Source of the DNA: Curvularia clavata
Taxonomy: Eukaryota
NCBI GenBank assembly: GCA_023920165.1
Contig: CP089274.1
Location: forward strand, 2,852,001 to 2,916,000
DNA length: 64,000 bases
Direction of reading: 5' to 3'
Below are positions 37,940-49,912 of the stretch, piece after piece (positions within the stretch are counted from its first letter, which is position 1; each line of letters begins with the position of its first letter). Made by a program: the position numbers and the translations under genes. The notes below the pieces were generated by a model, which saw only the letters and a list, made by a program, of their open reading frames with translations, was not told where the DNA came from and did no database searches.

Positions 37940-38187
37940 GTTGACGGTATGTGCGGCGTGACTGGCGGGTTCGTGATGCTGTCGACGATCGTGAAGTCGA
38001 ACTTTGGGTGGTAGAAAATCGCTTGCATTGTGCGGAGGAACGTAACGCCGGCGTTAGCGTGCCAAGATGCCGGCGTTGACTTTTCTTTGCCGCCTGCGCG
38101 ACTTGACAACTTCTCGCATCGTTTTCCGCCATGGGCTGAACACCAACACAACACTCTCGCACAGGAGCGTGCGACGCAACCGCAACC

Positions 38188-39968
38188 ATGGAACAAAGTA
38201 GAAGCATTGGTCTCATCGGCATGGGCGACATGGGCAAGATGTATGCCCGACGCCTCAGCACTGCTGGATGGAAGTGAGTGCACTCGCGCGCGTGATAGCT
38301 CACATTCACCTGCTTTTGCAATTGGTAAGTTCCAGCCTCTTCTCCTCTCCCCTGTTATGATGACCGTGAGTGCATTTGGCTCGAGTACGGCGCCATGTCC
38401 ACGCTGTTGCCGTCTTGGTTTTCAGCAATTGGGCATGGTGTCGTCCATGATGTGAATTCTCGCTACCTAACTTTAAACAACTCTGAACTACACCCAAACT
38501 TTTCTGCATTGTTCATAGCTTTTGGCACGAACCTTGCTAACCAGTGGCTCACAGATCATTTTTAACGACCGGCTTGACTAACATGGTACTTTAAGAGTCC
38601 ACGCTTGCGATCTTCCGGACAAGTTTGATAAACTGGTGGAAGAGTTCAAGGACTTTGTAGGATAGCACTTTATGTAACCTGCTGAATGAACGCATGCTGA
38701 GACTGCGCCAGCCCAAAGTTGAAATTATGCAAAACGGCCATCTCGTGTCTCGGTGCAGCGACTACATCATCTACAGCGTTGAGGCGAAGAACATTGACGG
38801 AGTCGTGAAGGCTTTTGGTCCTTGTACGGTGACATGCATGCTCTTCAGATGACTTTGAACTAACATGTCTGCGTACAGCTACCAAGGTCGGCGCTATCGT
38901 TGGTGGGCAGACGTCTTGCAAAGCCCCTGAGATGGATGCCTTCAACAAGCATCTCCCCAAGGATGTCGGCATTGTCTCCGTGCACTCTCTTCATGGACCT
39001 GGCGTCGATCCAAAAGGCCAGCCGCTGGTGTTGATCAAGTACCGTGCCTCGGACGATGATTTTGCATTTGTGGAGAACGTCATGTCCTGTCTCGGGTCCA
39101 AACATGTCTATCTTACTGCTGAGCAGCATGACCGTATCACGGCAGACACGCAGGCTGTAACCCATGCTGCATTCTTGAGCATGGGCGGTGCATGGTATGC
39201 CAACAACCAGTACCCATGGGACAGTTCCCGCTATGTTGGTGGCATCGAGAACGTTAAGATGAACATTACGCTCCGCATCTACTCCAACAAGTGGCATGTC
39301 TACGCCGGCCTGGCTATTCTCAACCCGGACGCAAAGAGGCAGATCAAGCAGTACGCCGAGTCGGTCACTGAACTGTTCAAGCTTATGCTCGCGGGACAGC
39401 GCGACGAACTCCGTGAGCGTGTGCACATCGCACGCAAGGCCGTGTTTGGCGACAATGTAAACAACAAGAAGCAGCTACTACTACGAGACGATCTCCTCGA
39501 CCGATTTGCTCTGGGTACGATCCCAGAGAAGAAGCTCAAAAACAACCATCTCAGCTTGCTCGCCATGGTCGACTGTTGGTGGAAGCTAGGCATCGTGCCT
39601 TACGATCACATGATTTGCTCTACTCCTGTACGTTTTGTCTACTTTTTTTTCTATACGCGTTGAACACCAACTGATTCATGTAGCCCTCGCGCATGTGGCT
39701 CGGCATCACCGAGTACCTCTTCTGCAACCCAGCTCTACTTGAGGAAGCCATTGACACGGCCATTGACGATAATACATTCCGTGCCGACGATCTCGAATTT
39801 ACCTTTGCTGCGCGCGACTGGAGCTCTCGTGTCAGCCTGGGCAACTTTGAGGGCTACAGGGATAAGTTTGAGCAGATTCAGAAGTACTTTGAGCCAAGGT
39901 TTCCCGAGGCGACTAAGTTGGGGAATGAGATGATCAAGGTTATTTTGCAGAAGACGCAGGATGGATAA
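38188..39968 (+). CDS. TYR1: Prephenate dehydrogenase (NADP+)
   Basis: IGLIGMGDMGKMYA, VGGQTSCKAPE, VHSLHGP and HDRITADTQAVTHAAFLSMG; introns 38274-38595, approx. 38657-38711, 38825-38877 and 39628-39682. Confidence 0.95.
38353..38490 (+). ncRNA. snR13: Intronic box C/D snoRNA, snR13-like (guide for 25S rRNA Am2280/2281, yeast numbering)
   Basis: Box C ATGATGA 38357-38363; TGAGTGCATTTGGCTCGAGT (guide plus TCGA D' box, as recalled for yeast snR13) complementary to LSU GCCAAATGC; 14-bp stem 38387-38400/38431-38444; C' ATGATGT 38447; GCTACCT 38462-38468; box D CTGA 38483-38486. Confidence 0.85.
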
Positions 39969-40273
39969 GTGGATGTGGCTGGGTTATGAAGCGTAGTCGA
40001 AATATTACGGAAACGATGGAATAGTATGATCAAGTCATTTCGTTAGGAGTGAAGTCAATGCCAATCCCATCTCATAGACTAGCGACCGTTACTGCTAAAC
40101 GCTACAATGAGCTGAACAAAGTATACGTGTACATCTACCAGTAAATTGGCTCCCAGTACGTGCTCTACTAGTACCTCTTCCCAGTTCCTTAGAAATAACC
40201 CTCTAACCACCAGACCACGAAGCTCCCAACTTTTTTTCTTCCCACAAACCTCAAAGAAAAAAAAGGGAGGACC

Positions 40274-41775
40274 TTAGTTCTTCCTGCTCTCAAACTCGCA
40301 CGACTCCCCAATCTCACAGACCCCAAATCCCTCCCGTCCATGTTTTACACCCTTCCACTCGCACGCCTCCTTGAGTTCCTTCGGCGGTGCCAGAACCTCC
40401 TCCTCAGTCAGTACCCACGTACCCCAATGCATGCCCAGTGCGTGGGCACACTTTGTATCGACAAAGATATTCACTGCATCCTTGGGATTCGCATGCACGT
40501 TGCTGAACATCCAGCGGGGCTCGTAGGCGCCGATGGGGATGAGACCGAGGTCAAAGGGGCCTCTGTGTTCACCTATTTGCGCGAAAGCAGGGCAATGAGG
40601 AAGGTGGGAGTGGGCTGGGGCATAGTCATCTTCCGAGGCGGGGATGCTGCGGGGGACGGTGCGGTAGCCTGTGTCTCTGTTGGACGTGTTAATATGGATA
40701 TAATATATCATGGACTGGTTGGGGGAGACATACCCAGCAAAATACACCTTTGCGCCGCCAGACTCGACACTCCAGCTGGCCCAGAGAGTTTTGCACTTGT
40801 CAAAGGGCGTTCGGGCGCTGACGTGCTGGCAAGGCAGGGCGCCAATAGATGCTGTGATGCTACCGCTTTTGCTCTTTTGATCTGCCTCTGCGGTTCCGTT
40901 ACCAACAACCGCCACACCATCACGATGCTCCTGCAACACGACGTCTCTGCTCTCCCACCAATCCAATTCGGTCATTTTGGTCACCCCGCTCTTTCGAAAC
41001 CATTCCTTGTTTCCCAAGGGAGCAAAGAAATGCGCCTCAGGGAACTTCTTCTGCAGCCGCTGGATAGTCGGGTAGCTCAGGTGGTCATAGTGGTTGTGGC
41101 TGATGACGACGGCGTCTACCATGGGCAGATCCTCAATCTCGCAGGGCGGAGGCGTGTACCGCTTTAGGCTCTTCATGTTAAAGGGTGCGCAGCAATCCTC
41201 AAAGACCGGGTCAAATAGCACGCGGAATCCGCCTGGGAACTCGACGTAGTAGCATGCGTGTCCGAGCCATGTTGCGCGTAGCTTGGGTGTTTGGCGTGAG
41301 GGTAAGAATTCTGGGGTGCGGACTGCTACTGTGGGTGGTGTGGTATCTGGGTTGTTTGCTTGACCTGTGATCTTGCGCCTGTAATTCTGCTGGTTAGATC
41401 GATATACAGGAGACATTGGTTAATAGGACAGGGAAAAAGCAAAACTTACCAAAGCATGGACGAGACCAATTCCCACGGACTCGCCTCGACGTAGCTGTCC
41501 CACGGGTTGGTAAACCCTTTGCCATTTTTCAGGTGGTGCCTCCGTGCCTCTGCTTCCTCTGGTCTGGCAGCAATCTGCGTGGGGTTGCTGACCACAGCAT
41601 AAAGCCCAGCCCCGATGCTGGCGCCTCCAATGGAACTCATTCTGACTGTCGTACTAAACTGCGGTGTCTGCCAAAAGTTCTGATGAGTACGGGCCTTGCG
41701 TTGAAACCGTATAGATCGCGCGTCCTTAGCCTGCACTCTCAGACGGCGAGACCAGAGCGAAACCACAGAAGACAT
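40274..41775 (-). CDS. N-acyl-phosphatidylethanolamine phospholipase D-like metallo-beta-lactamase (Fmp30-like)
   Basis: FTNPW, TWLGHA, ISHNHYDHL, LPCQH, YFAGDTGY, PIGAYEPRW and GMHWGT; two introns; start at 41775 or 41640. Confidence 0.9.
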
Positions 41776-43080
41776 TGAATATGTATTGTGTGCATATACA
41801 CAGCTTTAGGCTCAATCTCACCAATTCACGTGGCTGTGTTTATGCACACACACACCTACACACCCACACGCGTACACCTGTCTGGCCTACAGGTTGAGCA
41901 GAAGAAGATTAGCTCTCACGTCTTTGCGTCTGCGGCGGGCAAAAGATGGGCCGGAAACGCGGAGTTAAGCTTGAATGTTGACGTAGTGTAGATGGCCGAA
42001 TCATGTGTTCTCACAATGAGGCGGAGTCTGGTTTAGGCCCACCATGCAACAAGCGACAATCCCTAAAAGCAAAAGCTGGCCGTTGAACAAAGTCGGAGTC
42101 CGGAGTTTCGGCCAGTTTGTTCATTCCGACAGCATGCTTCCTTTTGCCGTCTGCCCGTCATGGTTATGGCTCGACTTCTTCCCGACGTTCCTCGAAACAC
42201 TGGCCTGTGCCTGAAGAGATGCTTTCATCACGATGCTGTGCTCGAATCGAGGTGCCTTGGTCAGCCTCGTGCATGGCTGGCTGCCGCCTGTTCGCGGGGT
42301 CTTTCGGGCACTGATTCGTCCGTCCGTCCGCACGCCCGTCCCTTGGGACCTGTGTGGCTGTATTGGGAGTCTCGTCATCTCCTTGGGTGTTGTGTCAGCA
42401 GTAGCTTTGCATGACTGTGCACGCCAAAGGTCAGATGCTATGTCTCACAGGTGGGCGGAGTTGTGATAGCTTCAATCTAGGCTGTACAATCATACACATA
42501 ATTCTCACGCGCCAAGCTCATGCAGTCAAGCTCACGCAATACAACCAATGTTCAAATATAACGAGCGACCTGACAATTGTTCAGATTGGTTCCCATGCTG
42601 GGCCATGTCTCAAGCTATTCAAAGCTACTGTAACTCAGCGCTTGTTTGGCCAACTAACCAAAGCTTGTAACGCCCACACCATACCTTCCTTCTCAAACCT
42701 CCAAGCCATCTACTCCAAAGAGAGTGAAGAGAAGACACAATCACTAGGAAAACAGGAAACCGGAAAAGAATGTGACGTTTCCTCGCGACCTCGTCGCTTT
42801 TCTAGGATTTTTTTTTCGCATTCTGTTCTGTGTCCCGGGATATCAGGATCTTTCGATGTATAACAGTAGTACACTAAAGAAAGAAAAGAGAAAAAGCAAC
42901 AACAGAAAAGCCCAAAAATATTTCCTCCGTTTGTCCAAAATAATGCCGGGGCGGAAAAGAAAAGCCCATAAAAAAGCAGGAGGTATTTTTTTCCCACCGC
43001 TTGAAGAGAAATAAGCCAATTCCCCATCGCTGATCTTGTGCCATTAATTACAACCCGCCTGCAGCGGAAGGCGACGATCG

Positions 43081-43120
43081 AAGAAGAAGAAGAACAAGAA
43101 CAAGAACAAGAACAAGAACA
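43081..43120. repeat. Microsatellite (AAG)n(AAGAAC)5
   Basis: Direct reading; lies downstream of the CLG1-like gene. Confidence 0.85.
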
Positions 43121-43820
43121 AAGTCATGAACGTAACAAACAGCTCTCCAGGGGTAACAGATCCGTTGGTAGCCGCCAACGTGTGGAGTGCGAGGAGTGAC
43201 GTGACGCCTCGGAAGCGCCAGCCAGACCCAGAGAAGAAAACAAACCGTAAACCAATAAGATAAGGCAACCCTCCCGTGATGATCTTGGAGGAAGCGCTGA
43301 GGAAATGAACAATCGTAAAAGGTGCAGGTTGGCACCATAGAGGACAGACAAAACGCCGGGGACCCACAATTTCGCTGACATGCTCCTATCAGACCATGGA
43401 CAAACCAATGTCTAAAACGTATACCCGTGATAATAAAGAGCGGAAGGAAATAAGAGAACTAGAAAAGGGGACAACAACTGTGAAATCTATCATGTGAGAT
43501 GATGGCAAGCCTGATGCGTTTTCATGAGATCCGGAATGGCGCCGATGTGGGCGTATGTGTGCAGATAGCTGAGGGAATAGTGCAGATGCGCAATAGGAGG
43601 ATCCGGTAGTCTAGGCTTGGGGGAATCGAAGCGACCAAGTGTATCCAGTGGCCGAGATTGGATGTGGTTGCTGGTGGTTCCGGTAAGCCCCGGGTGCTTT
43701 GTATAAAACGAACATAAACTTTTTTAAACATAGGAAGCGCTGAAATAGGACGTTGAATGGGTATCCATGGAAAGTCAAGAAGACTGCGTCGCGATAAACG
43801 TCCAGCTGATTATGGCAGGC

Positions 43821-45176
43821 TTAGACAGCCACGGCCTGAGGGCCATAGCCCGGAGCCATGAAGTACGGTGGGTGTCTCTGGACACAATAGGCACATCCGC
43901 AGCTTAGGCCATGCTGGTTCCACGCAGATGGGGTGTATTGTGAATAGGCCGGTGGTCCATAAGTAGACGACTGCTGGGATGGCTGTACAGGGGCTGGCTG
44001 AGACAAAGGTGGGAAGCCGAACATGGTGCGACGCGAGTATCCCTCGACGGGAGCCCAAGTACCCGTTGTGCCATAGTACTCTGGGGTGGTGGGACCCGTG
44101 GTAGGTGCGGAAGCAGGGGAGTGTTCGTTTGCGGACCTCCACGGGTCGTATTGAGAATACGAGGGAGGGTTGTAGTGTGCAGACTTGGGAGCGTACTCGT
44201 ACGATGGCGTGTAAGCCTGCTGCATCGGCAGAGGAGGAAGCGGCTTATTGGCGTTGAATGAGCGTCGGTGCACCGAAGTATCAATGGGGCTGAGCTTGCT
44301 GCTACGGTCGGCACGCGCAGCAGTAGTGTTCTGGTACTCCTTCCAGTGCTCTGACCAGGTGTTCCAGCCTTGTGCCTCGGAGGGATCACGATGAAGCTTG
44401 AACTTGATAGCAAGGAGCCACTCCAACTCAAGCTCGTTGAGCTCGTGGACCTGGATGCCGCTGACCTCTGACCACGAACGGTTGATAAAGGTGTTGTCAT
44501 CGAGGAACTTGCTACCAAGTACCAGGGCAATGGTGAGGAGGCGGAACAAGTGCGTATCCGTCTTTGGCTCGTGAGCCAGCATAGGCATCCTGTTGGACAG
44601 GTAGAAGATGCTGAGCAAGATGGTCGCAGAGGGAAGCCTGGTGGCGCAAAGGACCTGGTGCACCCATTTCCGGAAAGTGGCTGGCATCATCCGACCAGGG
44701 GTAATGAGGCGCAGAGCTGTGTCGCATACGAAGTCGGTCATGACGTCCATATCGTAGTCGAGCTTCGCCGAAACACCACCGACAGGCTTCTCTTCTTTGG
44801 CCGGCTGGCCCACACGCTGGTTGTACTCGTGTAGCCGTTGCTGCTGCATGGCCGCATCGGCCATGGAATTTCCAGACTGCATGCGCATAGGCGGGAGAGT
44901 TGCACCCATGGGGTCGTAGAACGAGTTGGCTGGGGGAAGACTGGGGGGCGCAGAGCTCAGATAAGTACCGGCCTGCGGGTACATGGGTGGCATGGCGATG
45001 GCCAGTTGACCGTAGCGGTCTGCGAAATCGTAACCATCATCCTGTTGTCGAATCGTGGGACCGGCATAAGCAGGCTGTTGCGGTGGGTATGATGCACCGC
45101 AGGCAGAGTGGTAGCTGGGCACGAACTCTGGCGGAGAGAGCCGTGGCATGTTGTGCCGGGGGTAGAAGGAAGGCAT
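43821..45176 (-). CDS. CLG1: Clg1-like Pho85-type cyclin
   Basis: GGVSAKLDYDMD, FRKWVHQVLCATRLPSATILL, LVLGSKFLDDNTFINRSWSEVSGI and LNELELEWL; Pro/Tyr/Gln-rich flanks. Confidence 0.85.
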   Translation of the reverse strand: MPSFYPRHNMPRLSPPEFVPSYHSACGASYPPQQPAYAGPTIRQQDDGYDFADRYGQLAIAMPPMYPQAGTYLSSAPPSLPPANSFYDPMGATLPPMRMQSGNSMADAAMQQQRLHEYNQRVGQPAKEEKPVGGVSAKLDYDMDVMTDFVCDTALRLITPGRMMPATFRKWVHQVLCATRLPSATILLSIFYLSNRMPMLAHEPKTDTHLFRLLTIALVLGSKFLDDNTFINRSWSEVSGIQVHELNELELEWLLAIKFKLHRDPSEAQGWNTWSEHWKEYQNTTAARADRSSKLSPIDTSVHRRSFNANKPLPPLPMQQAYTPSYEYAPKSAHYNPPSYSQYDPWRSANEHSPASAPTTGPTTPEYYGTTGTWAPVEGYSRRTMFGFPPLSQPAPVQPSQQSSTYGPPAYSQYTPSAWNQHGLSCGCAYCVQRHPPYFMAPGYGPQAVAV

Positions 45177-46007
45177 GATGGTGTCGGACTGTCGCAGAGA
45201 GAAGACCGGCGAGGCTCCTGGATATAGGTGTTAATGACGACTTCTGATGTGATTATCAAGAATGAGGCGTGGCACGTCGTGTCAACGCCAAGGGAGATTT
45301 TGTTTGGCTCTCACGTACAGTCTTCTCGTTCGCGCCGCCTCTAGAGTAGCCTAAAGACCCTCTAGTAAGATGTGCTCATTCAAGAAATTCTGTCGCCTGC
45401 GAAGAGTATTTGGGGTAAGATGCGTGTTGAGAGTGTTTGGTGCTGCTTGTTGCGCGGCGCGTTACGTGCGTGTGCGTGTAAACGGACGCCGGTGTCGAGC
45501 GCACAGGATGAAACAGAGGCCGTGGAATAAGTCGACAAAATCCAGGGCGCAAGGTCGCGGTAGATGAAGAGCAGAGGCCGGGGCTAAGTCAATAGATCCG
45601 GCGATGCGTGGTCGGGGTGGGAGACGACGTTGCTGGGGTCGGGGGAGTTGTGGGAGATGGCGCAAGAGGGAACAGAGATTGAAACCGAGCCGGGCCCAAT
45701 CACGCAGTGCAGGCCAGAAGCAGAGGCAAAGACTGCACGCCGGATGTGTGAGAGGGAAAGAGGCAGGCGGCGAGGCGCTTGATGTCAGAGACTTGGAGCC
45801 GGAAGCTGTCGAAGCCAGGCGGACAAGTCGACCCGAGTGTGGCAGTACAGGTGGTGGTTTGCAACCGGGCTAGGGCCTGGAGACAGAGCAGCGGCTTGGG
45901 GGTGCCGTGACAGCCGAGATTTGATGCGCACGTCCGTTTGGCTGGGGTCGGTGTGTTGCAACGAGCAACGCCTGCGACGACGGAGACGTGATGCGGTAAC
46001 GGTGGTC

Positions 46008-46110
46008 GAGAGGAGGGAGAGGGGGGAGGAGGAGAGGGAGAGAGATGGAGAGGAGATGGGGAGAGAGATGGGGAGAGATGGGGGAGTGGGAGGGGAGGGC
46101 AGGGCAGGGC
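46008..46110 (-). promoter_or_regulatory. Polypyrimidine (CT-rich) tract, probable core promoter/TSS region of the cyclin gene
   Basis: About 100 nt of near-pure purines on the + strand, about 850 nt upstream of the cyclin ATG. Confidence 0.4.
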
Positions 46111-48279
46111 GGCGAGGGCGGTGATGAGTGGGTGGTGGGTGCAGTGTGTCGTCGAGGCAGGTTAGCGAGCGAGGCCTAGCAACGCAGCCGCGAAGGGGCC
46201 CTGTCGCATTCCTACTGCTAGGACGCCCGTCTCCATCCGAAGGGTGCGCCTGCAACAACGGTTCATTGCCTACACCACTCATGTGCGGTGAAAACTCTGC
46301 CTGTTGTAGTTTAGTGGGTCGAAGCCTCTCCCTCTGCGCCGCCCACGACGTGCGGTGACTACCGCTCATGACTCCTGACGATGCTTGTGCATCCACACGA
46401 CGGCCCAAGCCAATGAACGCCGCCAGGGACCACCCTCTGCGCTTGCGACGACAGCAAGCCACGTATCGCCGCCTCTCTTCGTGCGTGCAATCCGGCCTCC
46501 CGCCCTCTTTTCGGCACGCCTGCAGTAGCGGCCTGACTGGGCCACTGGGCCGTCCTGACTGGGCCGCTGCGCCTGGAGAGCACGAGGGGGGTCGCCAGAG
46601 GGAGTGCGAGGGTCTGGGAGAGAGCAGCCGCCGTCATATGGGCCGCCGGAAGGGCCTCTGTGCTCGCCTGTCGCCGTGTACAGCATGTTTATTTGTGTAA
46701 ATAGGGGCCAATTTGCGCTTTCGCCCTGCCAGCCCCATCATGTGCGCGTCCAGCACAGCAGAGGCTACCCTCGCTCTCCCTCTCTGCTTGTTGGTGGTGG
46801 TGTGGTGGGCAGCAACCGCCAGAGCCCGCGAATAGCAGCCTGAGGGCCGAATCCACCATCGTCACGTCGGGCCCGTTCGCCATGCGAGCAAGAAAAAAAA
46901 ATTGTGCCGCCGCGGCCGTTGAGCAGCTCCCCACGACGCATGGCTGGCCAACGGAACTGCCTCTGTCATCCGCCAGCGGGGCCATGTCGACGATACGACT
47001 TGGGCTTGCAGCGATGAGGAGGGGCCTACCTCGCGATCAGCGTCACATCTGCAAATCGATCCTCGCGTCCGAACACCACGGTGGCGGTGACAACGTCGGC
47101 GGCGAAACCGGGCTGCGATGCTGCGATGCAGCAATGGGCCGGGTGGATGGGTGGGCGTCATCACTCGTCGCTGCTCACCACCCACGGCTCGTGCAATCGT
47201 CACCCGCTGCCCTTCCAAGCGCTCGGCATGTCCTTCTGGGCTCGAGGCCATTGCATAAGCAAGTGTCCACTCGATACGCTTGCCATGCATGCATCTGAGA
47301 GTCGAGGCCGGCCACTGCTCCACCCACAAAGCCAGCCCCCCTTTTGCTGCTCACCATTGGCTCCTAGCCTCTGGCTCCGACTTGGTGACGCTTGTTCATG
47401 GCTTCGGCGGGCAATTTTTGGCTTCAGGCACCAGGCTGCTCGCTGCGGTCACACAGTGCTGACACCTGGACCCCGTGGTCACGGCCGCGGCCTGACGTGG
47501 CGTCAATTTCCATGTCGTCTCGATCCATGTCCGCGGTATTGCGCACAATTTGACACCGGAAGCAGAGTGCGGTGAGGACGGGCTGCTAGTAAAAGGAAAA
47601 AAATCAAACAGCATGCGACGATTGTTAGCACAGTGGCTAGCCAGCCTGTCAATCTGGCCGTCGCCCCGTTTAGGCCTAGTGCGTGCATGCTGGCACGTGA
47701 AGAAACACCAATGCCCTTCTAGCTTCCTTGCTGCCATCCCGACCGCCCACCTGGCGCCTTCTGAGGCACGTCCCCACAACAACACGTCTCATTGTGTGCC
47801 GATTCCAGCCATGGCCGCCTTCTCTTTATTGCTCAACACGGTTACGTCGGATTGGGAAACATGCCTACTCGAACCTCGCCTCGTGCTTGCTGGCACACGC
47901 CTTTTGGCGCTGCTCCCACTAGCTTTGACCTGACCTGACCTGACCTCCGTGCTGCACAGTTCCTGGGCGAGCAGATGGTCCACCACGCGCACAAAGGCAG
48001 CATAAACTCTATCCACCAATAAGTCACTCTCCTGTCTTGTTCAAAACATGGCGTCATGTGCAAACAAGGTTCTGGGGGCAATATGTTGTAGACCGCACAA
48101 GATTGCGTCGTTGCATTGAGTAACATATATGTCATCATCCCAGACTCGTCCAAGGACCGTGTCGTCCCGTCGGGCCCGAGTATCCCAAACGCCAGTGTAA
48201 ATGCTCGATCCCGTGGTATATCCGACCAGCTTTTGCGCGCGCCATCCCTTGAACAAAGACAAAACATCAAAACACTGCA

Positions 48280-49331
48280 TTAGTTCATCTGCCGGATCAA
48301 CTCGTTGATCTTGTCTTCCCGGTTGCCCAGGTCACCACCTTCAATGTAGTGCTTGAACTTCCGCTTGCGGAATCCCCCTGTCGGGCTATTAAGCTTGAAC
48401 GGCCACAGGAAGTTGGACGCCGCCTTGAAGTTGGGGCCGACGGTGCAGATCTCGTGGATCAGGTCTTCCATACAGATCATGCCGTACTTGCCCAGGTTCT
48501 CCTCGATGATCTCGTTGTCAGTCAAGGGAATGCGCTGCTTATCCACCTTGCCGTAACCACGCTCTGCAAGTCTAGTTAGCACCTGCCGTTTGCACACTTG
48601 GAGGCACATAGCACTTACTGTAGATGAGCTCGCGGACGGACTTTTGGTTCGGGTAACCATAGGCGACAAAGGGCTCAACAATCTTCAGCATCTCCATCGT
48701 AGCCTTGGTGAGCTTGATGAAGACTCCATTGTTGATCTGAAGCAGACGCAGAAGCTGCAGAGTTTTGCGCTTCTTGGGATCAATCTTGTTGATACCCTTG
48801 ATCCGGACAACAAAAGCAAGCTTGGGCTCTTCGGGAACGTAGATGCTTTCGCTCTTCTTGGCCTCACGCGCCAATCTTACCCGCTCCCTCTCGGCATCGC
48901 GGTATTCCTTGACATACTTCTCCGCTCTTGTGAAGATGACCTCGCGCTTCTTCTTGTTCTTGTCTGCCTCGTGTCAGCGCTACTCTCTACTAGCAATAGC
49001 ATGCCATAAGACTCCAAGAGGCCGATTTTCTCATTCCCGAAAGATGGTTAACGATTCGACAACATTGACCGAAGTCTAGCCGATGATGTGGTTGTTATAA
49101 TCACTGTAATCGACCTGCTGGAGTCTGTGATGGCATGCGGGATGGATCGTACCTCGCTTTTCCCGAGTTGCGATTGCGCGCTCCTCGCGAGCCTTCTCTT
49201 GAGACTTTCTCTTCTTGAGAAGGTTCTCAGGCACGAGCGTGATGTCGCTCTGCGTTGGGACAGTTCTACAGCCTCGTGTTAGTAGTAGCTATGGGTGCTT
49301 GGATGGGAAGGACGTACGACTTCGACGACAT
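48280..49331 (-). CDS. RPL7: 60S ribosomal protein L7 (uL30), 4 exons
   Basis: [47 protein letters not shown] and NFLWPFKL; introns 49266-49317, 48964-49152 and 48564-48618. Confidence 0.97.
49027..49109 (-). ncRNA. snR39B: Intronic box C/D snoRNA, snR39B-like (guide for 25S Gm805, yeast numbering)
   Basis: In RPL7 intron 2: box C variant GTGATTA (49104-49098); 13-nt guide ACCATCTTTCGGG complementary to LSU CCCGAAAGATGGT; box D variant ATGA (49034-49031); internal ATGTTGTC as recalled for yeast snR39B. Confidence 0.8.
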
Positions 49332-49912
49332 GTTGAAGTGGTGCTCGAGAAAATGTTCGGAAGCTCAATTTTTGCCAGACCCTTAGCTTGCGCGCTAACC
49401 CCACTCACCCAAGCGCCAACGCTAACGGTTTAGCGGGCCCACTTGCCAGTTCGTGAACGCTCATGCTACAACATCGCTATTAACTTGCAACAATCTGTGG
49501 TCTCTTCTTATATGAGAGGATCTCGCGGCTCACTGTTTGAGTAACAAGTCATGAAATATACGTACTTTGTGGCATAGAATAGTCGCTGTCAAGATGCATA
49601 CACTAGCGTATATTTCTACTCCATGTCGACAGCTCTGTAAACGCATTCAGGATGATTACGTTGAATAGAGAGATGCAGGTAGCCAATATGAGGCATTCAC
49701 TCGCGTCGTTAGAGAATCAAGAACAATGGCAAAATTCAAGCCCTACCATTTCGTAGTTACCCCATCTCATCACCCTTCATATCCAAAACAAAGAGCTTCT
49801 CTCCTTTGTCCCAATTCCCATCTAAAAACCCCCCAGAAGTATAGTGAGACAGCGAATATACTCCATTCACCAATTTAGGACCTTCAAATACTCACATTAT
49901 CACGTTATCATC

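Noticed and set aside
40340..41167. Long antisense ORFs (also 9794-10297 and 60340-60999)
   Set aside because: Shadow frames of codon-biased genes on the opposite strand
45370..48270. Many overlapping 60-225 aa ORFs
   Set aside because: Low-complexity GC-rich translations without domains; expected by chance in promoter/UTR DNA
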